Shown piece after piece: positions 1 to 11,000 of a stretch of 37,449 nucleotides of DNA. The stretch lies in the sequence record SRR31156797_7348. One strand, 5' to 3'. Within the stretch, counting starts at the first letter, position 1, and each line of letters opens with the position of its first letter. The position numbers and the translations under genes were made by a program. The notes beneath the pieces were generated by a model. That model had not been told where the DNA came from. It did not search any database and worked only from the letters and a program-made list of their open reading frames with translations.

Positions 1-122
1 TGACCCAGATTTGATTTTGCACAACTCATCCCTCCGGTTAACTATAGAAGTAAACTGAGCTGGCTTTTCAGAAAACGACAAAAGCGTTGTTCTTTTTTGA
101 TTTCAGTGATTCAACAAATCGA

Positions 123-1916
123 TTAGCGAGATTCTGAAGTCACTCCAACTCGTGCCCATGGATTATGATCTGGATCATATGCCCACGTAAAGTTTGCGAC
201 ACGATCAGAGACCGGCAAAACTTGGTTACGGTACAATGTCGGAATAGCAAACGCTTCTTCAAATGCATATTCTTGCCATGCATCAAATGCTTCTTTACGT
301 TTTTCTTCATCGAAGGAATCATTTGAATCGATGGCTGCTAACAATTCTGTATTGCGTTCAGACTCGTAACGAGTGTAGTTAAAGGCTGAATTTGGTCCCC
401 ATAAGCTAGTTGGTGATGGATCTGATCCAGTAGACCAAGCAGCTTGGAAAACATCGATATCTGGATCATCATTTTTCAACTTGTCATAGAATGCTTGGAA
501 GTCGATCAAACGTCCTGTAGAGTATTGGACATCCAAACCGATTTCTTGCCATTGTTGGACATAGTAATCTGCCAGTGGTTGTGCCACTTCTCCACCTGAC
601 ATTGAAGCAAAATTGATGGTTAATTTATTGCCATCTGGATCTTCCCGGAAGCCATCACCATCAACATCGATAAAGCCAGCATCATCTAGGAGTTGATTTG
701 CTTTATCCATATCTAAGTGGTAACCTTCCACATCAGTGCTGTGCAAACTACCATAAACCGGTGGGATCAATGTTGTACCATTTGAACGCAAGCCATGGTA
801 GAAACGCTCACCAATCGCATCATTATCGATAGCATAGCCCATTGCTTGACGCAATGCTTTGTTGGCCATTTTTGCGTTTGGATCAAAATCAACACTATTT
901 GTTTCGTCATTCCATGTTCCTAAATTAAAACCAAGATAGGTGTAAGATTGTTCTGGTCGTCCTAACATTTGGTAGCCATCCATATCTTGATACGTATCGA
1001 ACGTATCTGTTGGCATTTTCAATACTAAATCATATTGTTTTGCATTTAGTGCTTCATTGATCGATGCAGATGGAACATTACGCATCACAATTTTTTCTAA
1101 TGTTGGTGTTCCCCCATAATAATGTTCATTCGGAACATACTCTACGGTTTCCCCAGGTACGATATTCGTCATCTTGTAAGGACCAAAACCAATTGGGTTT
1201 GTCCGTACAGGATCACTGGATGGCATATCTGCTACTTCAATACCTTCAAAGGTATGTTTTGGTAATGCCGCGTTCCAAATTGCTCCACCGGATTGCTGCA
1301 TTCCAGGATGCATTTCCTTAAATTCGATCTCAACTACTTTATCGCTAACTGCTGTGATCCCAGAAATCGTATCTGCTTCACCGCTATGGTATTCTTCCAT
1401 TCCAACAATATTAGTAAAGTCATTATTGTAGCGAACGCCATCATAGTCTTGATGACCAATGACTTCATAAGAAAAAATGACATCTTCGGCTGTAACATCT
1501 ACCCCGTCCGACCATTTTAGTTCATCACGTAATGTGATCGTCGCTTTATTGTTTTCGACATCCAAGTCTAAGTCTGCAGGTCCACCATCAATAATCTTAA
1601 AATCCTCATCTTGTAAGAATAGATATTCATGACTTGGTAACATAAAGTCACGGTCATAGGCATCCTGATAGAACTCCCACTGGAATAATCCTTGGAACTG
1701 AGTGTCCATTACTACAGCAACGTCTAAAACTCCACCTTCAATCACTTCATCATCATTGACTACCGCTAGCGGTAATGTGCTGATATCTGATGCTGCAGCG
1801 TCTGATGACGACTCTCCTGTATCTGTCGAACCTGTTCCACCTCCGTTACTTTGTCCGCAAGCCCCTAAAACAAGCGCTGCCAATAAAGTAATCATGCCAA
1901 ACTTCGTTTTCTTCAT
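123..1916 (-). CDS. oppA: Oligopeptide ABC transporter substrate-binding lipoprotein (SBP family 5)
   Basis: Lipobox LGAC; family-5 motifs (LRDELKWSDGVDVTAEDVIFSY, PIGFGPYK, LRQAMGYAID, GFIDVDGDGFRE); RBS AAGGAGG. Confidence 0.92.
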   Translation of the reverse strand: MKKTKFGMITLLAALVLGACGQSNGGGTGSTDTGESSSDAAASDISTLPLAVVNDDEVIEGGVLDVAVVMDTQFQGLFQWEFYQDAYDRDFMLPSHEYLFLQDEDFKIIDGGPADLDLDVENNKATITLRDELKWSDGVDVTAEDVIFSYEVIGHQDYDGVRYNNDFTNIVGMEEYHSGEADTISGITAVSDKVVEIEFKEMHPGMQQSGGAIWNAALPKHTFEGIEVADMPSSDPVRTNPIGFGPYKMTNIVPGETVEYVPNEHYYGGTPTLEKIVMRNVPSASINEALNAKQYDLVLKMPTDTFDTYQDMDGYQMLGRPEQSYTYLGFNLGTWNDETNSVDFDPNAKMANKALRQAMGYAIDNDAIGERFYHGLRSNGTTLIPPVYGSLHSTDVEGYHLDMDKANQLLDDAGFIDVDGDGFREDPDGNKLTINFASMSGGEVAQPLADYYVQQWQEIGLDVQYSTGRLIDFQAFYDKLKNDDPDIDVFQAAWSTGSDPSPTSLWGPNSAFNYTRYESERNTELLAAIDSNDSFDEEKRKEAFDAWQEYAFEEAFAIPTLYRNQVLPVSDRVANFTWAYDPDHNPWARVGVTSESR

Positions 1917-2033
1917 ACTCTTCCTCCTTATTAAATCCCCTCATTTGTGATTCACTGATAAAAAAACCAAGCAAACAGTTTTTTTTATCTTAAAATGGCT
2001 TTTTTATTAGAAAATCTGAACGAGATTAACTAA

Positions 2034-2056
2034 ATTATAACAATTTTCTCAAAACT
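2034..2056 (-). promoter_or_regulatory. Putative oppA extended -10 (TGtTATAAT) with adjacent CodY-like box
   Basis: Minus-strand TGTTATAAT at 2034-2042; AATTTTCTCAAAACT at 2042-2056 has 2 mismatches to CodY consensus AATTTTCWGAAAATT. Confidence 0.5.
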
Positions 2057-2063
2057 CTTTCCG

Positions 2064-2095
2064 TCAATAATTTCATCAATCTATGAAATTATTGA
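2064..2095. promoter_or_regulatory. 13-bp perfect inverted repeat, candidate operator between divergent genes
   Basis: TCAATAATTTCAT-N6-ATGAAATTATTGA. Confidence 0.45.
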
Positions 2096-2277
2096 AAATA
2101 AGACGAAAATCATTGATAAATCGCTATTGCTTTTTTTCAGATATTCTTAAGTTTTTCTTTTATGACGTTCCTTTTCTCTCATATTTTTCGAAAAACGCCT
2201 TGTGAAAACTGTCAAAAAAACCTTCTTAGACGAGAAAAGATGTGATACTATGAAAAAAAGGAGCGTTCAGTGAAACT

Positions 2278-3579
2278 ATGTCAGACAAACGAATTTTCTT
2301 ACAAACGAAATCGAAACCTTTTGCACCGATCTCACAGCTCTTAACTCAGCGGTTGCTTCTGGCTTACAGCTGTGTGTTAATTCTAATCGGCTTGTTCACC
2401 TCGCCGCCTCAGGCATTGTGGCAAGGATCGTTGGCTATTTTGAATGCCCCTAGCAATTTGATTTCTGATTATTTTGCAATCGGCAATCTCGGAAGCGCCT
2501 TTTTGAATAGCGGCTTATTGACTTTGATTAGTATCCTGCTTGCTAAAAAGCAAGGAACCATTATTAGTGGTCCGATGATCGCCGCTTTCTTTACCATATC
2601 CGGCTTTTCTTTTTTTGGAAAAAACATCTTTAACTCAATCCCCATTCCCTTGGGTGTCTATCTATACTCTTACATACAGCAACGGCCCTCAACCCAGTAC
2701 TCACTTGTCGCTTTATTTGGCAGTGCTGCCTCACCCGTCATTAGTTACTTAGCATTTGGCTTAGGCTTACCTTTGCCCCTAGGAATCGCGTTAGGTTATG
2801 GAATCGGCATTTTGATTGGCTTAACACTCCCCCCACTGGCAGCACAATTTTTACAATTCCATCAAGGATTTTCTTTGTACAATATTGGCTTTGCCACCGG
2901 CATTATCACTATGTTTTTCACTAGCTTTTTACGATTATTCGACATGGAAGTCTATTCGAACAAGCAATTGACGACTGACTATCACTATTATCTGACGGCT
3001 TTCTTGCTCATCCTTTGTTTATTCTTGTTTTTTATTGGTTATTTTTTAAATAAACGATCGATAAAAGGTTTAACGGATCTTTTTAAAACTTCTGGGAAAC
3101 TGATGACCGATTATGTCACAATTTTTTCACTAGGAATCACCATGATGAACATGGCAATGATGGGGCTCTTGATGTTAGTCTTTATTTTCCTGCTGCAAGG
3201 CGAGCTTTCCGGTCCACTTTTAGGGGCTGTATTGACCGTGATTGGTTTCAGTGCCTTTGGAAACCATTGGAAAAATAGTTTGCCCGTGATGATTGGGGTG
3301 GTTTTAGCCACCAAAGTCGGTTTGACTTCTGATGTATCCACCTTCAGCTTATTACTGACAGCGATCTTTGGAACAAGTTTAGCTCCGATCAGTGGGTATT
3401 ATGGTCCTGTAGCTGGTATCTTGGCAGGCATCGTCCATGCAGCACTGGTCACAAATATCACTTATTTACATGGAGGATTGAACTTATACAATAACGGTTT
3501 TTCCAGTGGATTTGTCGCGGCGGCAATGGTACCATTGTTAGATGAATACCAACAAATCAGAAGGCGGCGAAAAAAATGA
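2278..3579 (+). CDS. DUF1576-family polytopic membrane protein
   Basis: Two internal repeats (GFSFFGKN / GFSAFGNH; HQGFSLYNIGF / HGGLNLYNNGF); highly hydrophobic. Confidence 0.8.
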   Translation: MSDKRIFLQTKSKPFAPISQLLTQRLLLAYSCVLILIGLFTSPPQALWQGSLAILNAPSNLISDYFAIGNLGSAFLNSGLLTLISILLAKKQGTIISGPMIAAFFTISGFSFFGKNIFNSIPIPLGVYLYSYIQQRPSTQYSLVALFGSAASPVISYLAFGLGLPLPLGIALGYGIGILIGLTLPPLAAQFLQFHQGFSLYNIGFATGIITMFFTSFLRLFDMEVYSNKQLTTDYHYYLTAFLLILCLFLFFIGYFLNKRSIKGLTDLFKTSGKLMTDYVTIFSLGITMMNMAMMGLLMLVFIFLLQGELSGPLLGAVLTVIGFSAFGNHWKNSLPVMIGVVLATKVGLTSDVSTFSLLLTAIFGTSLAPISGYYGPVAGILAGIVHAALVTNITYLHGGLNLYNNGFSSGFVAAAMVPLLDEYQQIRRRRKK

Positions 3580-3926
3580 TTGAAAAAGAACGGGCACGAC
3601 GAATCGTCGATGAAGTAGTCACCTACTTTTTGTCCCATGACTGTCAAAAGATAACGAGCGAGATGGCCTTTGAAGCAGAAGGTTTCAAGGCAGTTGTGCA
3701 GGGCCCTTTCCCTGAGCAGCCCTCTGATCTAGAACATTTTATCAACATGCTCAATACACCAAGAGACAGTACCTTGGAAAACTATTACGTTGAACTGTTG
3801 GGCGGTCATCAAACGATCCATGAAGAAAAAGATTACTATTTATTGGGATTAATGATCGATGAAGCCGCCATTATGTATGATGAGGGACAACTAGTCGTTG
3901 AACTGTTTCGCAAAAAATATGACTGA
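3576..3926 (+). CDS. Small hypothetical protein translationally coupled to the DUF1576 gene
   Basis: ATGA overlap with the upstream stop; 116-aa ORF followed by a terminator. Confidence 0.75.
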   Translation: MIEKERARRIVDEVVTYFLSHDCQKITSEMAFEAEGFKAVVQGPFPEQPSDLEHFINMLNTPRDSTLENYYVELLGGHQTIHEEKDYYLLGLMIDEAAIMYDEGQLVVELFRKKYD

Positions 3927-3943
3927 AGAGTAACAAGCAAACG

Positions 3944-3986
3944 ACGTTTCTGATTTGTGGATCACACAATTCAGAAACGTTTTTTT
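3944..3986 (+). terminator. Intrinsic terminator
   Basis: ACGTTTCTGA...TCAGAAACGT followed by a T-tract. Confidence 0.75.
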
Positions 3987-3997
3987 GTTCGTTCCTC

Positions 3998-4013
3998 GTG
4001 ACAAAATTGAAAG
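3998..4013 (+). promoter_or_regulatory. BceR/BraR-like response regulator binding site
   Basis: GTGACA-AAAT-TGAAAG resembles TNACA-N4-TGTAA, upstream of -10 TATACT (4057-4062) of a BceAB-type unit. Confidence 0.55.
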
Positions 4014-4094
4014 TTTATTGATAGATTTTTCACACTCCTTTTCAGAAAACTAGCGTTATACTTTCATCATAATAAAAAACGAGGTGACCTATTT

Positions 4095-4457
4095 ATGAAA
4101 AAATTTTTGATTGGACTAGCAGTTGTCGTGCTTGTGGGATTTGGTGCATTGCAAATTGCTGAATCAGTCATCATGGGGGGCGACAGCTATTATGTCCAAA
4201 TCACGACAGATGGCGAAAAGACGACTTCTAAAGATGACAGTGGCAATGTCTATACTCAATACCACTATGAACTACCGGCTTATGACGAAAATGGCAAAAG
4301 CAAAACCCTTGATTTCAATGGTTTCCAAGAGCGGCCTTTGCGTAAAGAAGCCTATTTGAAACTTACTTGGAATGAGAAAAAAGGCGTGACCAGCTATGAA
4401 GAGGTCAAAGAAAAAGACATTCCCGCAAAAGCACTAACTCAATTAAAAGGAGCGTAA
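4095..4457 (+). CDS. YxeA (DUF1093) family protein
   Basis: N-terminal hydrophobic segment; YYVQIT, YELPAYDENGK, LRKEAYLKL and GVTSYEEV motifs. Confidence 0.85.
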   Translation: MKKFLIGLAVVVLVGFGALQIAESVIMGGDSYYVQITTDGEKTTSKDDSGNVYTQYHYELPAYDENGKSKTLDFNGFQERPLRKEAYLKLTWNEKKGVTSYEEVKEKDIPAKALTQLKGA

Positions 4458-4464
4458 CTTAATC

Positions 4465-5217
4465 ATGGAAAAAATTATTCAAGCAAGTGAACTTACTAAA
4501 GTTTACGGAAAAGCCAACGAAAAACAAACCGAAGCCTTGAAAGGCATCAGCTTTGATATTGAAAAAGGTGAATTTATCGGAATCATGGGAGCTTCAGGCT
4601 CCGGTAAGTCTACCTTGTTGAACATTCTTTCAACCTTGGATCATCCAACCAAAGGTATGATCCGCATCAACAACAGCGACATCACCAAACTAAAAGGCGA
4701 TGCCTTGGCAGATTTTCGCAGCCGTGAAATTGGCTTCATCTTCCAAGATTTCAATCTCCTAGAAAACTTAACAGCTTCTGAAAACATTGCGGTGCCCCTT
4801 TCTTTACAAGGGGTCAAACCAAAGATCATCCAACAACGGATCAAACGAGTCGCAGAACGTTTGTCTATCACGCATATCCTCGACAACTATCCGGCAGCAA
4901 TCTCAGGTGGACAAAAACAACGGGTGGCAGCCGCTCGAGCCTTGATCACGGAACCAACGATTCTTTTTGCAGATGAACCGACAGGTGCCTTGGATTCAAA
5001 AAGTGCCAAAGACTTATTAAATATGATGGACGACTTGAATACCAATGACCAAGTATCGATTTTATTGGTCACTCATGATCCCCTTTCTGCCAGCTATTGC
5101 CAACGTATTTTATTTATCAAGGACGGGAAGATCCATCAAGAAGTGAAACGTGAGGATCAAAGCCGGGAAGAATTTTACCGCAAGATCCTTGTCATTCTAG
5201 GAAACTTGGAACAATAA
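4465..5217 (+). CDS. ABC transporter ATP-binding protein (BceA/YxdL-like)
   Basis: Walker A GASGSGKST, signature ISGGQKQR, ADEPTGALDSK. Confidence 0.92.
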   Translation: MEKIIQASELTKVYGKANEKQTEALKGISFDIEKGEFIGIMGASGSGKSTLLNILSTLDHPTKGMIRINNSDITKLKGDALADFRSREIGFIFQDFNLLENLTASENIAVPLSLQGVKPKIIQQRIKRVAERLSITHILDNYPAAISGGQKQRVAAARALITEPTILFADEPTGALDSKSAKDLLNMMDDLNTNDQVSILLVTHDPLSASYCQRILFIKDGKIHQEVKREDQSREEFYRKILVILGNLEQ

Positions 5218-5230
5218 GGAGGAAGAACAC

Positions 5231-7036
5231 ATGCTTTGGAAATTATCACTTACCGGAATCAAAGGCCGGTTGAAGGATTATATCGTCCTCTTTTCTGGTT
5301 TAGTCATGGCCTCAGCCATCTTCTATATGTTCGAATCAATGGCCAGCAATGAAGCCTTTTTAAAAAGCAACTCGATCATCAGTATGGTGGTCTTTATCTT
5401 TCGCTTTGGTTCTGTCTTATTGGGGATCATCACCTTTGCCTACATTTTATACGCCAATTCTTTCTTAATGGCGATGCGGCAAAAAGACTATGCCATGTTT
5501 ATGATGCTAGGAGCCAAAGGACGTAAGATCGCCCAAATGATTTTCATTGAAACATTCTTGGTCGGGATCGCCGCCACTGCTGTTGGTTCTTTACTAGGTA
5601 TTGGATTAGCCAGTGGTGTCAATACCTTACTAGTGAACCAATTAAATTTACAGATCAGCCATTATGCGGCCTTTAATCTACAAGCATTAGTCGTGACACT
5701 TGCATTCTTCTCGATTCTCTTTTTGATCGCTGCTATCTTTAATGCACGGGCAATTGCCAAAAAATCAATTTTAGCCTTGTTACGAGAAACCAGCACACCG
5801 GCGCAAGTCAAGCAACGTCCTTTCATGCTCTTTTTGCAAACTGTCTTAGGGATTTGTTCTTTAGCAGTCGGTTATTATATGATGAGCGACTTGATGAAAT
5901 TCCAATTGGTGGGGATCGGTGTTGCCCTAGTTACTATTATTTTAGGGACTTACCTCGTCTTTCGTTCCGTGATCATCACGATTTTATCTTTACTGAAGAG
6001 GACCGATGCCATTGCTTTGAAAAGGTTAAACAATTTCACCTTGTCTCAGCTAAGCTTTCGGATTCGTGATTATACGCAGATGCTATCGATGGTAGCCATG
6101 CTCTTTGCTCTAGCATTAGGTGCTTTGACTGTTGGTCTGGGCTTCAAAAACGAGATCCCAATTATGGCAAAATCCGTTGCCCCTTATGACTTGTATTTGA
6201 ATAATGCCCAAAATGCTTCTGACGAAAAAGTTGCAGCCTTAAAGCCGACTCTTGATGTCACTTATAGTCTGAAGGAAACAGACGACACCCTTTATTACAA
6301 TAAAGATCAATTCAACAAGAACAACTTGCTCAGCACCAGTACGAATCAGTTGAGTATCGACGTTACCTACAACAAGCTGTCGGGAGACCAATTAGCCAAA
6401 GACATCACCGCGCAGGACCAATTGCGTAGCTACCTCTTGCCAGAACAACGAGGCAAAGAGATCCAAGTTGTCGATCAAACCGCTTTTGACACAATCAATG
6501 CCCCTGAATCCAGCTTGCGAATGGTGCAAGTCAAAGACTTTCAAGCAAGTTACGATGCATTACATGAATTGGCGCAAACAAACCAAGAAACCAATACTAA
6601 TGAAACTGCCGATACGAATTTTTCGCAACGGGTCTTCGTCTATGACACGTATAATGGTCTCTTCTCCGGTTTTGAATTTATGGGCTTTTTCTTGGGGATC
6701 GCCTTCTTGACGATGTTAGCAAGCTGCTTGATGTTTAAAATTCTTTCTGGGGCCAACAGCGACATTCAACGCTATACGATGTTGAAAAAAATCGGAACCC
6801 GGACTAGCTTATTGAAAGGATCGATCCGCAAAGAGATTGGTGTGCTCTTCCTAGTTCCTGGTATCTTAGGGATGATCCATGTCTTGTTCGGATTACAAAT
6901 GTTCACAACATTGATGATCGATCCGTACCACGATCTATGGCTGCCCTTTGGCATCTTTATTGCTCTCTATGCCATTTATTACGTGGTGACCATCTGGTTA
7001 TACACCAACATCGTTTTACGACCAAACAAAAAATAA
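5231..7036 (+). CDS. FtsX-like ABC permease (BceB/YxdM-like antimicrobial peptide resistance)
   Basis: About 10 TM segments with a large extracellular loop; YANSFLMAMRQKDYA, GFFLGIAF and RYTMLKKIG motifs. Confidence 0.88.
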   Translation: MLWKLSLTGIKGRLKDYIVLFSGLVMASAIFYMFESMASNEAFLKSNSIISMVVFIFRFGSVLLGIITFAYILYANSFLMAMRQKDYAMFMMLGAKGRKIAQMIFIETFLVGIAATAVGSLLGIGLASGVNTLLVNQLNLQISHYAAFNLQALVVTLAFFSILFLIAAIFNARAIAKKSILALLRETSTPAQVKQRPFMLFLQTVLGICSLAVGYYMMSDLMKFQLVGIGVALVTIILGTYLVFRSVIITILSLLKRTDAIALKRLNNFTLSQLSFRIRDYTQMLSMVAMLFALALGALTVGLGFKNEIPIMAKSVAPYDLYLNNAQNASDEKVAALKPTLDVTYSLKETDDTLYYNKDQFNKNNLLSTSTNQLSIDVTYNKLSGDQLAKDITAQDQLRSYLLPEQRGKEIQVVDQTAFDTINAPESSLRMVQVKDFQASYDALHELAQTNQETNTNETADTNFSQRVFVYDTYNGLFSGFEFMGFFLGIAFLTMLASCLMFKILSGANSDIQRYTMLKKIGTRTSLLKGSIRKEIGVLFLVPGILGMIHVLFGLQMFTTLMIDPYHDLWLPFGIFIALYAIYYVVTIWLYTNIVLRPNKK

Positions 7037-7066
7037 CTAGTACAGACTTTCTGAATTGCTCAACGC

Positions 7067-7099
7067 AAAGAGACCATCAATCCGCTTGATGGTCTCTTT
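7067..7099. terminator. Bidirectional intrinsic terminator between convergent permease and menG
   Basis: AAAGAGACCATCAA-N5-TTGATGGTCTCTTT. Confidence 0.75.
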
Positions 7100-7133
7100 C
7101 ATTTCGTCGCTCTTCTATCGAAAAAAAACGCCG

Positions 7134-7847
7134 TTAGCTTTGAGGTTTAACGCCCATATGCATCGCCGCCGCACCTCCTGCATAGCTTTTGACTTGCAGC
7201 ACATCAAAGCCAGCTGCCTGAAATTCTCGTTTCAATGCCTCCCTGTCAGGAAAATCCCGCGCAGACTCCTGGAGCCAGGAATATTCTTGATAGCTTTTGG
7301 CGAACAGTTTGCCAAATAACGGCATGACATGGTAAAAATAAAAAGTAAACAGTTGCCGCCAGCCGATCAGTGTGGGCTGTGATGTTTCCAGACAAACGAT
7401 TTTCCCGCCTGGGCGCAGCATCCGATGGATCTCCGCCAAGACTTGTTGGCGATCCGCGACATTTCTCAACCCGAACCCGATCGTCACATAATCAAAGTGC
7501 GCGTCTGGAAAGCTTAATGCCATCGCATTGCCAGTCTGCCACTGGATCTGCGTTTGTTGCTTTTTCTTTGCCTTTGCTTTGGCAACCGTTAACATTTCTT
7601 CGCTAAAATCAACGCCGGTCACTTGCCCCGTCGGACCGACCGCTTCATTTAAAGCAAACGCCCAATCCCCGGTCCCGCAGCATAAATCTAATATCTCAGC
7701 ACCCATTGGTACTGCCATCCGTTTCATGGTGTCCTTGCGCCACCGTTTGTGCAGCTGAAAGGAGATAATACCGTTCATTCGATCATAACGGGAAGCGATC
7801 GATTCAAATACATCATGTACTTTGGTTTCTTTGGCTGTTGTTGCCAT
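7134..7847 (-). CDS. menG: Demethylmenaquinone methyltransferase (UbiE/MenG)
   Basis: VFESIASRYDRMNGIISF, SAM motif LDLCCGTGD, TIGFGLRNV, YSWLQES. Confidence 0.92.
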   Translation of the reverse strand: MATTAKETKVHDVFESIASRYDRMNGIISFQLHKRWRKDTMKRMAVPMGAEILDLCCGTGDWAFALNEAVGPTGQVTGVDFSEEMLTVAKAKAKKKQQTQIQWQTGNAMALSFPDAHFDYVTIGFGLRNVADRQQVLAEIHRMLRPGGKIVCLETSQPTLIGWRQLFTFYFYHVMPLFGKLFAKSYQEYSWLQESARDFPDREALKREFQAAGFDVLQVKSYAGGAAAMHMGVKPQS

Positions 7848-7976
7848 TGCGGCACGTCCTTTCTTTGTTCCCTCCGTTTTGCTGTTGCTTCACGTGCTTC
7901 TGCTTTTTAGTCTAGCACGAAAAAACCTGCGGAACAAAAACCCTGCTTTCCCCTTTTCCTCCAGTAAATTCCCCAC

Positions 7977-8064
7977 AAAAAAACAGCCTTTCCTACATAG
8001 CTCCCCGCTTGTTGACCAAGGCAATTCGGTCAGCAACAAGCGGATCCAGCAGTGAAAGACTGTT
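7977..8064 (-). terminator. Long hairpin/terminator closing the pilus cluster
   Basis: AACAGCCTTTC...GAAAGACTGTT outer stem, CCGCTTGTTGACC...GGTCAGCAACAAGCGG inner stem, A7 on + strand (U-tract on minus). Confidence 0.55.
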
Positions 8065-8099
8065 CTTCTTCTGTTTGTTTTAAAACAGGTTGTTCACGT

Positions 8100-11000
8100 T
8101 TAATCGATGAATTCCCAGATATTGTTCCAATAAGAAACACGGTCTGCGCCATTTTCATCTTTGTAGCGCACAGAAATCAAATTACGGATGTCATGAACAG
8201 GAATGTCAAGGGTGACAGAATCCGTTACGGGTCTTTGTTGCACGTTGTATGTTCGATAAAAGGTGCCATCCATATAGACGTCAAAGGTACTAAGATTGGA
8301 ATAAAAAATTTGCAGCTGATTGTTATGAACAGCAAGATTGATCAACTCACCAGTGACAGCGCGTGTGCCGGTCTGAAGCGTGAGACTGTCTTCCCCTATC
8401 AAAATGTTTTCCGTCTCTGGCTGATTCCCCGAAACTCTACCGTTGATCGTTACCGGGGTCAGAACATTACCAGCAGCTGCCTGTTCATCCACTCGAGCAG
8501 TCAAGTTCCATTCCATGCGATCCCCCGGTGCGATTGGTCGTTCTAAGTGGATCGTGATACGATCGCCAGAAAGACTAGCCGAGGCTATATTGTCTTGGTA
8601 CACGAGCGCATCGACATTTAAGAACGTCAATAAATTCGGCGAGATATCTAGTGTCACGACAGCATTCTCAATATCGTCTTTCCCAAAATTTCGCGCATCG
8701 TTGCTTTCTACGATCGTCCGCAAGATCAATTGATTGCCGACGGTGATAATCGGATTGCCTTCTTCATCACGATCAAAGCTTTGCGGTACTCGCAACGTAA
8801 TCGATGGGTCAGAAGGTCGAATACTGGTGACTTCAAAGGAGAGCGCTGGTGGGAAACGTTCATCGCCAATGGCATCACGATACCCTAAATAGTCCTCATA
8901 ATCGCTGGCGGACGGATTCGTGCTCCCCAACTGACCATTGGGTTCCGTCGTGGTCGTATCTGGTAAGGTTCCTACGAAATCGTCGTAACGATCATTTGCA
9001 AAATCTTTCGCGTAAAATTCGATATACACATCCTCTTCAGGATCAAGGCGACGTGGTAATTGATACTGCCATGGCACGGAGTTGCCTTGTTCGGCATCAA
9101 GCGTAATGACATATGGGTCACCTGAAGCATCACGGATCAATCCTTGCGCGGTACTCGCATAAATGGCGACTCGCTCTTTTGGCTGGTCGTCTTGCGGAGA
9201 ATGAAAATCCATGATCCCCGAAACTGTTGTCGTCCGTTCATTAAAGACCTGATCCTCTGCCACTTGCAGACCAGTCGGTGGTCGTACATCCACGACGACC
9301 GCATCAGGCAAAGCGACAATACTCTCTTCTGTTGCATGAATGAAAATCGAATCATCAACATCCTCCATCGTTGGGTCTAATCCTCGGTGGGCACGCAGCA
9401 CTTCAAAACGTTGACCTGTCTTGAAAAAGTCGTCCCGCGTCCATGCGATCACACCATTATGCACCTCACCAAAAACATCGACAGTTGATTTGGAGGAAAG
9501 CCATTGCGTTTCAAGCTGGTTGCCTGCTTCGTCCTTCAAAGCAACTTCTACCCAGACCTCATCATCCCAAGCATCGCGAATCGCCCCCGTGTATTCATAC
9601 GGAACGACCGCTTTGGCATAAAAGGTTTTGTCGGCATTGGTCGGGGTCACTAAGTGCTGGATCATTGGAGGATAATTATTGGCAGAAAATCGCGTGTAGG
9701 CATTCCCGCCCCTAAAAGTCGTACTGTTGAACTCATTTGAAAAAGGCTCTCCCGGCTGCGGACTAACGATTTGTGCAAAATTGACATTGCCTAGTTGATA
9801 GCTCAATGGATTCCAGAAATTGTCCGGATCACCATCTAGATTCACTTCGTTGCGTTTTTCCCAAACCGCTAGTCCAACACGATTAGACATAAAGGTACTG
9901 TTACGGTTCGAATTAGAAAAAGCTTGTCCGCCATTCGGACGATTATTTCGGAAGTCATAAAACAGTGGTTCATCAATCACAAAATTGCTTCTGGCAACCG
10001 AACTGATTATTCCATTATTTGCACCTAGGGTCCGACCTTCCATTCGAAAAGTCGCGTCTTTTCCAGCTAAGAACTCGGCTTCTCCGCCTTGCATCCAAAC
10101 AGCAGGTCCACGATGTGCATAGATATGGATTCGACTGTTTTCACCTTGTGCATGAAAAACCGAAGTTCCACTGCCATCAAGAGGAAATTGAATGCCTTGT
10201 CGACCAGCCGTATCTGAGCCATTACTGGCAGTAATGGTGGAATCAGCAGATGGGTCAAATTCTCGTTCTTCATCATTGTACTGATCAAATACGGCAAAAC
10301 CTGTTTCATCAATATAGATGCCATCATCTGCCGCAGTTCTGGTGCCTGCATGGTTAAAGATATTCAACTGACCGGCTGACTCCACATAGAACTCGTTGTT
10401 CCGCCCGTACATCCGCACTGCAGCCGCATTTCCGTGGTATTTGACGATATTCATTTTCCCTTGGTCGGCAAGCACAAAGGTCTGTTCCCCGACTAAGCGA
10501 AACCGCATAACTGAACCATACTCATGATGTTGCCCATCACCAAACATATTAAACTGCGACCCTTCCCCAGTTACCGTCACATTGCCGCCGAGTTTGGTGG
10601 TCGATCCCGCTTTTGAAATTTGATTGACAAAAGCAGTGGTTCCTCTCGGTACACCACTCGTGGGAGCAGGCGCTCTAGAATAGGAGTTTACGACCGCACC
10701 ACCAGAAATAATCGTACGAGAAAACTTATTTTGCGTTTCATCCCGTTGTCCAATCAAGGAAATGATTGCGCCGTTCGCTCCCGCTAAATTCATTTGTGAT
10801 GAGGCATTTAAGACCGTGCCTTCTCCATCGACTTCAAAAATCACCTCGTTAGTACGTCCTTCGAGATTTGCCCAAATTGCTTGCCACTGGACACTATAGA
10901 GATCTACTTTGGAACCCTTATTGACCCGAAACGAGGTTGAGATATTATTGTTGTCTGGTCGGAGCCGAAAAATCGGCTGCGTATTTGAGATCTTGACATC

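Noticed and set aside
1-40. Possible start of a minus-strand gene (GGAGG then GTG at 22)
   Set aside because: Only 7 codons lie in the window; cannot be supported or identified
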